A stretch of DNA of 64,000 nt, taken from an uncultured delta proteobacterium. Lineage in GTDB: Bacteria; Myxococcota; UBA727; VGSZ01. Under the pieces are notes generated by a model. It was not told the DNA's origin and searched no databases. It saw only the letters and a program-made list of their open reading frames with translations. Location: positions 448,001 to 512,000 of the forward strand of contig CAVZJB010000016.1 of NCBI GenBank assembly GCA_963775425.1, written 5' to 3'. Position numbers and translations under genes: made by a program. Below, piece after piece: positions 6,800 to 14,472 of this stretch (positions are counted from its first letter, which is position 1; each line of letters begins with the position of its first letter).

Positions 6800-9370
6800 T
6801 CAGCGCGCGGCGAGCAACGCTTCGGCGAGCGCGGCGGGCGACTCGAGCGCGCTCGCGCTCAGGCGTGCGAGGTCCACGCCGATGTGGAACTCGCCGTCCA
6901 CGGTGCTGACGAGGTCGATGAGCGCCACCGAGTCGAGCAGCTCACGCAGCGGCTGGCGTTCGGGCGCATAACCGTGGTCGATGCGCTCGCGCACGATGGC
7001 CTCGATGCGCGCCTCGACCGCGCCCGCGATGGCATCGCGCGCAGCGCCTGCGCCGTTTGCGCCGTTTGCGCCGTTTGCGCCGTTCGCCCCATTCGCGCCG
7101 TTCGCCCCATTCGCGCCGTTGGCGCCGTTCGCGCCGTTGGCGCCGTTCGCCGTGACGAGCGCGCGGGCCCGCGCGCGAAGCGCCTCTGCGTCGGGCTTGC
7201 CGTTGCTCGTGCGCGGAAGCTCGTCCACGAGCTCGATGTGCGCAGGGACCATGTAGCCCGGCAGGCGCGCGCGCATCTCCCGGCGAACCGTGGTTTCGTC
7301 GGCGCCGTCGGCGAGCTTCAGGAACGCGACCAAGGCGCCGGCGCCCCGCGGGGTCTTCTCGGCGAGCACGATGGCGTCGTGGACGCCGGGCACGTCGCAC
7401 AGCAGGCTCCGCACCTCGCTCGGGTACACGCGGTTGCCGAGGACCTTGAGCATCTGATCGATGCGCCCGACGAGGTGAATGAAGCCGTCGTTGTCGATGA
7501 AGGCGTTGTCGCCCGTGAAGTCGGCGATGACGCCGGCGTCGAAGGGCGCAGGGCGCAGCTTGCTCGCGGTCCTCGCCTCGTCGCCGAGATAGCGCAGCAT
7601 CACGCCGAGCCCCGCGTGCACGAGCTCGCCCACCTCGCCGCGCGTGGCCACGGTGCCGTCGGCGCGCACGACGCACACGGACACGCCCGGGAACGGGCGG
7701 CCGACGCTGGTCTTCTTGGCGTCGAACGACTCCGGCCTGAGCGACGCGGCGCGAAACGCCTCGGTCTGGCCGTAGGTCTTGTAGATGTGCGCTCCCGGGG
7801 CCACCGCGCGGAGGTCGTCGAGGTGGGCGCGCGGGAGGTCGCCGCCGGACACCGTGATGAACCGCAGCGACGCGTGCGGCGCTCCGCTCGAGGTGTCGAA
7901 CGCGAGGCGCGCGTTGATGAAGTCCTGCCAGACCGAGGGAACACACGGGATGCCCGTGACGCGGCGAAGCGCGGCCGCCGCCAACACGTCCATCGGCATC
8001 CACGACTCGCACAGCACGGTCTCGCAGCCGGCGAACGCGGCGGCGAAGAGCTGATTGAGGCCGACGTCGAACGAAAACGGCAGCAAGCTCAGCAGCACGT
8101 CGCCGCGGCCGAGCCCGTACCAACGCACCTCGGTCTCCGCGCGCCACGCGAGGTCCCGCTCGGAGATGCACACGCCCTTTGGCTCCCCGGTGGAGCCCGA
8201 CGTGAACAGCGTGCACCCGACGCGCTCCGCGCTCGGCGGCGGCGGCGGCCCGGCCAGGGCGCCGGCGGCGGCTTGCTCGTCGAAGTCGATCTCGTCGATG
8301 CGCGCGAGCACGATGCCCTTGCGCTCCGCCGGCGTGGACGAGCGCTCGATGGCCTGCAGGCCCTCCGCGTCGACGAAGATCATGCGCGCGCCGGTGGCGG
8401 CGAGCACGCGCTTCATCTGCGGCCAACGCCAGCGCGGGTTCAAGCACGAAAACGCGCGACGCGCGCCGACGGCGCCGAGCATCAGGGCCACGCACTCGGG
8501 CGTGCGCCGCGAGAACAGGAGCGCGTGCTCATCCTCCGCGAGCGCCGCGGACAACAAGCCGCGGGCGACGGCGGCGCGCGACGCGAGCTCCGCCCACGTC
8601 CACGTCCGCAACGTGCCGTCGGCGCGCGCCTCGGCGAGCGCGGCCGAGCGCGGGCGCTCGGCGGCGTTGCGCAAGGTCGCGTGGAACGCGGTGATCGTCG
8701 ACGGCGGCACGGCGGGAGGCGTCGAGACGACCGCGGGCTCGTTGGAGGCGGCACCAAGCGGCGGCACGGCAGCCTCCGTGCGGGCAGGAGGCGCGTGGTC
8801 CGCGTTCCGCTTGGTGTTGGGGATGACCTTGGCCGGCACGCCGATGGCGGTGGACCACGCCGGCACGTCCGCGAGGATGAGCGAGCCGGAGGCGAGGATG
8901 GCGCCCTCGCCGACGTGCACGGGGCCGAGCACCGCGGTGTGACAACCGATCATCACGTGGTCGCCGATCACCGCGCCGCCGGGCTTGGTGCCGGCGCCGA
9001 CCGTGACGACGTGGTGGATGGCGCAGTCGGCGCCGATCTTGGCGTCGCCGCTGATGCGCACCGGGCCGACGTGCGGGATCAGCGTGCCCGGGCCGATGTC
9101 GGCGTCAGGCTCGAGGTTGATGTGCGTGACCAGGGTGAAGACCTTCTTCACCAGGCCGAGGCTCTTGCGAAGCGGCGTGAACAGCGGCCTCGGCTTCAAG
9201 TCGCGTGTGCTTCGCTGGAGGCGATAGAGCGCGAGCGCCCAGAAGCCCTCGGTGCCCCACCCGCTGTAGCCCCACTTCTTGAAGCGCGCGAGATCGGCGC
9301 GCAGCGCGCGGAGCTGGCTGTCGCCCGCCCACTCCTTCACCTTCTTGCCGTCGTACTCGGCCGGGTACAT
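6800..9370 (-). CDS. Fusion of serine-acetyltransferase-like LbH domain, AMP-dependent ligase (adenylation) domain, (GAN)n linker and acyl-carrier-like domain
   Basis: Hexapeptide repeats ADIGPG/AKIGAD/AVIGDH/VHVGEG and DVP..STAIGVPAKVI; adenylation motifs FTSGSTGEPKG, YGQTE, TGD, GRIDQMLKVLGNRV, LPRTSNGK; C-terminal LLDSVALIDLV (Ppant-Ser-like). Confidence 0.85.
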   Translation of the reverse strand: MYPAEYDGKKVKEWAGDSQLRALRADLARFKKWGYSGWGTEGFWALALYRLQRSTRDLKPRPLFTPLRKSLGLVKKVFTLVTHINLEPDADIGPGTLIPHVGPVRISGDAKIGADCAIHHVVTVGAGTKPGGAVIGDHVMIGCHTAVLGPVHVGEGAILASGSLILADVPAWSTAIGVPAKVIPNTKRNADHAPPARTEAAVPPLGAASNEPAVVSTPPAVPPSTITAFHATLRNAAERPRSAALAEARADGTLRTWTWAELASRAAVARGLLSAALAEDEHALLFSRRTPECVALMLGAVGARRAFSCLNPRWRWPQMKRVLAATGARMIFVDAEGLQAIERSSTPAERKGIVLARIDEIDFDEQAAAGALAGPPPPPSAERVGCTLFTSGSTGEPKGVCISERDLAWRAETEVRWYGLGRGDVLLSLLPFSFDVGLNQLFAAAFAGCETVLCESWMPMDVLAAAALRRVTGIPCVPSVWQDFINARLAFDTSSGAPHASLRFITVSGGDLPRAHLDDLRAVAPGAHIYKTYGQTEAFRAASLRPESFDAKKTSVGRPFPGVSVCVVRADGTVATRGEVGELVHAGLGVMLRYLGDEARTASKLRPAPFDAGVIADFTGDNAFIDNDGFIHLVGRIDQMLKVLGNRVYPSEVRSLLCDVPGVHDAIVLAEKTPRGAGALVAFLKLADGADETTVRREMRARLPGYMVPAHIELVDELPRTSNGKPDAEALRARARALVTANGANGANGANGANGANGANGANGANGANGANGAGAARDAIAGAVEARIEAIVRERIDHGYAPERQPLRELLDSVALIDLVSTVDGEFHIGVDLARLSASALESPAALAEALLAAR
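7051..7149 (-). repeat. 9-bp tandem repeat x11 encoding (Asn-Gly-Ala)11
   Basis: cgccgtttg/cgccgttcg/ccccattcg/cgccgttgg units, with variation only at synonymous positions. Confidence 0.95.
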
Positions 9371-9506
9371 GCGCGCGTCTCCTCCGCCGCCGCGAGCATA
9401 GACCCCGCCGCTGCCCCGGGGAACTCGACGCCGTCGGGGGATCGAACGCGACCACCGACGACGAGGCGGGGACCGGCGCCCCACCCCAATGTGTGACGCC
9501 GCACAG

Positions 9507-12039
9507 TCAGCGCAGGATCTCGATCTGCTCCGGGTTTTGCAGGACGACCTCCGGCCCCCGATACGTCGTCACGGGCCCGCGCACCTTGACCTCGTGCCCC
9601 TGAAACGCCGTGGCCGGCGACAGGCCCTTGGCGGTGAACTTTGCCTCGTTGCTCGCGAAGATCACCGCGGTGAACGGCGGCCGCTTCTCGTCGGCGAAGC
9701 GGAGCTGGATGCGGTGCTCGTTGACGTTGGTGGCGGCCACGCGCCCGATGATCACCGCCTCGCGCCCGATGACGTGCAGCGCTTCCCCGGGGCTCGCCTC
9801 GGGGACGCCGAGCGCGTTCAGCTCGACGAAGCCGGTCTCGCCGAAGCCGAGCGCGACCTCGGCCCACTGCGCGCGCTTGTGGTCGCTGTCCTTCACGGCG
9901 CCGTGCTCGCCGACGACGCTCACGCGATCGCCGCGTCCGAGGTGGCGCAGCACGTGGCTGCGCGCGTCCTGGGCGCTGTGCACCGTGGTCTTGGCGATGA
10001 CGTCGGCGGCGTAGATGCGGCTCTGGGCCCAGTCGCGCCGAAACAGGTGCTTGTAGTAGCCCGCGATCTTGCGGTCGCCGACGATGACGCCCACCTCGCG
10101 GTTGCCCTTGAAGGAATTCTCGGTCCAGTTGATGGAGCCGACGAAGACGGCGTCGTCGGCGATGATGCCCTTGGCGTGGATCTTCTCGAGGTGCGTGGTC
10201 TCGAGGTTGATGACCTTTGCGTCGAGGTCGAGCCCCTCGGTGCGCGCGAGCTCGTTGAGCCACGCCACGGTGTCGTCGTTGTCGCGGTCTTCGCTGCCCT
10301 GCACGTTGTACCAGGTGCTGTCGAGCAGCACGCGCACCCGAACGCCCCGCCGCGCCGCCGCCACCACGGCCTGCAGCGGGAGGTTGGGCGTGTTCTCGGT
10401 GTCGTCGATCTTGTCGGTGTCGGGATCGCTCGAGTCCTTCTTCCTCCCCCAGCGGCGGCGGACGGAGTTCTGCTCGATGTAGAGCGTCTTTTTGGCGCGC
10501 TCCATCATGCCGATGATGGAGGTGTGCTCGTTCAAGCTCGTGTCGGGCGAGAGCACGAGCTCGAGGTCCATCGGCTCGTCGGCGAACACCGGCTTCTCGG
10601 GCCGCGGGTAGAGGCCGCGCTGCAGGGTGTCGTCGGGCTTGAAGGCGGGATCGCGATAGGGGAGGCCGTAGGCGTCGGTGGGCGAGGCGTCGATGGACGT
10701 GATGTCGGCCATGACACCCGGGCGGAAGTCGGCGTCCCAGACGGCGCGCAGCTCCTTGACCAGTTGCGGGTTTTGCACGTGCACCATCCAGCCGCGGTTG
10801 CCGTACGAGTTGAACACGGGGACGCCGGTGCGGCCGTAGTTCTCGGTGCCGATGACGGCGAGGCGATCGTCGACGAGGACGTACTTGGAGTGGTCGAAGC
10901 GGTAGCGCGGCTTGATGCGCGAGCCTTTCGGTGACGCGAGGAACCACACGCCGACGCCGGCCTTGGCGGCGCGGTCGACGAGGAAGCGCTCCTGGTCGGC
11001 GATGCCGCCGACGGGCGAGCCCTCGAGGTAGAGCGTGACCTTCACGCCGCGCAGCTGCGCCTTCACCAGCTCCTCGGCGATCTTGGGGTTGGTGAGCTCG
11101 TAGACGCGAACGCGCAGCTCTTTCCTGGCGCTGCGGAGGGCCTTGATGAATTCCGCGTAGTTGTTGTCCGGCGCCGAGGTTGCGAGCACCTTGGCCCGCA
11201 CGTGGTGGAGCGGGTGCGCCACGAAGTGCGACTGCCCGGCGATCTCGATGCGATGGGTGGGCTCTTCGCCGAGCTCCTTGCGCGAGAAGCCCGAGTCCCA
11301 GTCGGCGGCGCTGTCGGTGTCGGGGAGGACGTGGCCCTGCTCGTCGCGATCGCGGGCGAGCACCTGCCCCTTCCACCCGTAGAAGCTGCGCTTCTTGAGC
11401 CGGACGGGCTCGCCTTTCCAGGGGACGCCGTCGAAGTCGCCCTCGGAGTAGCGGTGCGCTTTGTCCACCTCGTAGGGGACGAAGTCGACGACGTTGCCGC
11501 TCTCGTCGAGGAGCGCGACGGTCCCGTGCTCGGCCGGGAGGATGAGGAAGCCCTGGGGCGCGCTTGCGTCGGGGACGTCGACGTCGGTGTCGGTGGCCTC
11601 GTACGCGGGCTTTTCGCCGAACACCTTCGCGAAGCCCTTGCCGGACGCCGCGATCCAGAATCTCGCCGCCGGGCGGGATGCGCGCCCCGTCGGGGAGCCG
11701 CACGACCCGCCCGGTGCGGCTGTGCGACGCGGCCCCCGGGTGCGCAGCGTCGATGTGCATCATCGCGTCGGCGGAGCCGGTGTCGCCCCGGTGGCGCCGG
11801 CCCTTCCGGGGCGTGAACGCCTCGGAGAGCGCGAAGCCGCCGACGTTGGCGGCGTGGTGGAGGTCGGTGTTCACCAACCGGACGGCGCTGTCCGGCTCGG
11901 GGGTGCCGAGCAGGACCCCGTCGAAGTGGACCCCGGAGATCAGCACCCGCGCGCTCCGCGCTCCGCCGGCGTGGGCGGGCCGAGGGTCGGCCGACAGCGA
12001 CGCGAGGAGGAGGGCGGTGGCGACGAGGAAACGCAACAT
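9507..12039 (-). CDS. Secreted phospholipase D-family protein with lamin-tail-like N-domain and SH3/OB-like C-domains; +1 frameshift near 11660 (pseudogene or read error)
   Basis: Signal peptide MLRFLVATALLL..AHA from ATG 12039; two HKD motifs HSKYVLVD and HAKGIIAD plus GSINW. Removing one T at GAG ATT CTG GAT restores GEIWIAASGKGF and joins the two ORFs. Confidence 0.8.
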
Positions 12040-12120
12040 GCGACCCGCCTTGTAACAGAACGCGTTCAGCCGGGGGTCGGTTGCGCGGCGGCGCCGCGGA
12101 TTGGCTACGATACATTCGTC

Positions 12121-13071
12121 GTGGCCCGCCCCGGACCCCTGCTTCGCCTCGTGCACTCCCTCGAAAGACGGCGTGCGGGCCGCGCGTTCCAGCTCGGCAT
12201 GACCCTTCGGCGCGCGGAGACGTCGGCGCCGGTGGCGTCGTCCAGGCAGACCACGCACGGACCGCGCGCGTACGTCGTGGGCTCCGGCGGCGAGCGGGTG
12301 GACATCAACGTCCCCGGCCACGAGGTCACGCCCCTGTTGCCCCGGCACGTCGCCATCCTCGCGGTGCCGCGGGCCGACGGCGTCGTCCTGCGGGCGCTGT
12401 CGCTGCACCCCGAGCGCGGCCTGCACGTCGCGCCCATCGAGACGCCTCCGGACGGCGCGCCCCCGCGCATCCTGGGCGTCGACGACCTCGGCGTCGGCGG
12501 CGCCGTGTCGCGCGACGGCATGCGCCTGTTGTTCGACGGCTACGCGCTCGACGTCCGCGCGTCCCTCGAGACGCCGGCGCTCGACGCCCACGGGCCGGAG
12601 GTCCTCGAGGTGTTCCCGCTCGGCCAGCAGCTCTCGTTCTACGCCGGAGCCTCCGTGAAGAACGTCGGCGACGTGGTCTCGTCGGTGACGGGGCCCGGCG
12701 GCGGCGGGCACGCCATCCCCGCGCTCGTGCAGAGCGTCGACGAGCAGCCGGGCGTGGGCGGGACGTTGGTGCTGCGCACGCGCGGCGGCTTGCATCGCGT
12801 CGAGGTGACCGACGAAGAGCTGCGCCGCGGCCTGTTGATCGGCCGCTCGCGGCGCTGCGTCCTCGGGCGCGGCTTCGACGAAAACGACGGCCTGTCACGC
12901 GTGCACGCCATGGTGCTCGGCATCGACGAGGGCGTGTTCGCCTTCGACCTCGCCTCCCGCTACGGGCTGCGCGACGTCTCGCGGCCGAGCCGCCTGCAGC
13001 CCACCAGTCGCCTCGACGACGGCGTCGGTTGTCTCGTCTACGGCGCGGGTTATCTTACGTTCGAAGCCTGA
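12121..13071 (+). CDS. FHA domain-containing protein
   Basis: C-terminal LLIGRSRRC...LSRVHA...DLASRYG FHA motifs; the GTG start at 12121 is uncertain. Confidence 0.75.
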   Translation: MARPGPLLRLVHSLERRRAGRAFQLGMTLRRAETSAPVASSRQTTHGPRAYVVGSGGERVDINVPGHEVTPLLPRHVAILAVPRADGVVLRALSLHPERGLHVAPIETPPDGAPPRILGVDDLGVGGAVSRDGMRLLFDGYALDVRASLETPALDAHGPEVLEVFPLGQQLSFYAGASVKNVGDVVSSVTGPGGGGHAIPALVQSVDEQPGVGGTLVLRTRGGLHRVEVTDEELRRGLLIGRSRRCVLGRGFDENDGLSRVHAMVLGIDEGVFAFDLASRYGLRDVSRPSRLQPTSRLDDGVGCLVYGAGYLTFEA

Positions 13072-13098
13072 CGTCCGAGCCTGACAGGGAGGTCCTCG

Positions 13099-13128
13099 AT
13101 GTTCCGTCAGTTCACCGAGCTCATCTGA
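13099..13128 (+). CDS. Candidate leader peptide MFRQFTELI
   Basis: GGGAGGT Shine-Dalgarno shortly before the ATG; 9 codons; TGA 42 nt before the MFS GTG. Confidence 0.5.
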   Translation: MFRQFTELI

Positions 13129-13170
13129 CGCGTCGCCCGCCGCCACCGGCCGAGCGCGGCGGCCGGCGGT

Positions 13171-14472
13171 GTGCCCCGATGGGGAACGCGCGGCCTCGCC
13201 GCGCTGTTCGCCGTGCCGTTCTTCGACGAGCTGGCCTCGGGGATGCCCACGGCCGGCGCCGCGTCCTTCATCGCCGCGCTGCACCTGTCCACCACGATGT
13301 ACGCGGTCGCGGTGTTCGCCGTGCCCGCCGCCATCGCGATGCTCATCGAGGCGCCGCTGTTCGCGTTCTGCGACGGCCGCCCGCACCTGCGCCCGCGCAT
13401 CATCGCGCTGAGCACGCTCGGCATGGGCGCGGCTTTGCTCGTCGAGGCCGCCGCCCGTGGACCGCTCGGGCTCGCCCTCGGCGTCACGCTCTACGGCCCG
13501 TGCGCGGGGCTCGCCCTCGGCCTCGCGGAGGGCCTCCTCGTCGACGCCGCGCCCGACCGCGTCGAGCGCACCATGGCGCGGCTCACGCTCCTCGGCGCCG
13601 CCGGCGACATCGCGGCGCCGCTGTGCCTCGCCCTCGGCGCCGTGGCGTCGTCGACGAGCGCGGCGCTCGTGGGCGTGGCGGCGCTGCACGTCGTGGCGGC
13701 GCTCCCGCTGTGGCGCGCCGCCCGGAGAGCGCGCGGCGCGCACGCGGCAGAGCCCGGCGACGCAGGGGACGGCGCCGGCGCTGCTGCGGCGGACGCGGCC
13801 GGCGGTGGGCCGGCGGGCCTGCGCGGCCTCGTGCGCGAAGCGCTCGGCAACCGCGCGATGCTCGCGTGGCTCGTCGTCACCGCGCTGTGCGTGCTGCTCG
13901 ACGAGCCGCTCACCGCGCTCGCGGGGCTCTTCTCCGTCGAGCGCTTCGGCAGCGCCACGCTCGTCCTCGCCGCGCTGAGCACGGGCGCCGCCGCCGGCGC
14001 CGTCGTCGTCGAGCGGCTGCTCGGGCGGTTCACGGCCGCCGCCGTCATCGTCGCCGCCTCGGCGCTCGGCGCCGGGGGCGTGCTCGGTTTGGTGGCGTGC
14101 GCGCGCGTCGAGGCCGCCGCCGCGTGGGCGTTCGCCACCGGCCTCGGCGCCGCCGCGCTCTACCCGCTGTCGAAGGCGCAGGCGTATCGCTGCGCCCCCG
14201 GCCGCGCCGCCCTCGTGAACGCTGCCGGTCAGGCCTTCAACGTCGTCGACGTCGCCGCCCCGGTGCTCCTGGCGCTGGTCGCCGACCGCTTCGGCGTGCC
14301 GGCGGCGCTGGCGTGTCTGCTGGCGCAGCCGGTGGCGTGCACCGCCATGGCGCTCGTCTCCCGCGCCGGCCGGTCACGACCTCAAGGCGAGGTGGCGACC
14401 GCCGCGGCGACGTCGTCGACGGAGCCGAGCGCCGCCGACAGCACCGACGGCGGCGGCGCGCCCAGGCGGTAG
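13171..14472 (+). CDS. MFS transporter
   Basis: About 12 hydrophobic helices in two halves, each with a FFDEL/LLDEP motif, separated by a low-complexity loop. Confidence 0.85.
   Translation: MPRWGTRGLAALFAVPFFDELASGMPTAGAASFIAALHLSTTMYAVAVFAVPAAIAMLIEAPLFAFCDGRPHLRPRIIALSTLGMGAALLVEAAARGPLGLALGVTLYGPCAGLALGLAEGLLVDAAPDRVERTMARLTLLGAAGDIAAPLCLALGAVASSTSAALVGVAALHVVAALPLWRAARRARGAHAAEPGDAGDGAGAAAADAAGGGPAGLRGLVREALGNRAMLAWLVVTALCVLLDEPLTALAGLFSVERFGSATLVLAALSTGAAAGAVVVERLLGRFTAAAVIVAASALGAGGVLGLVACARVEAAAAWAFATGLGAAALYPLSKAQAYRCAPGRAALVNAAGQAFNVVDVAAPVLLALVADRFGVPAALACLLAQPVACTAMALVSRAGRSRPQGEVATAAATSSTEPSAADSTDGGGAPRR

Noticed and set aside
11650-11670. Programmed ribosomal frameshift in the PLD gene
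   Set aside because: No slippery heptamer is visible; a single-base insertion error or mutation is simpler.
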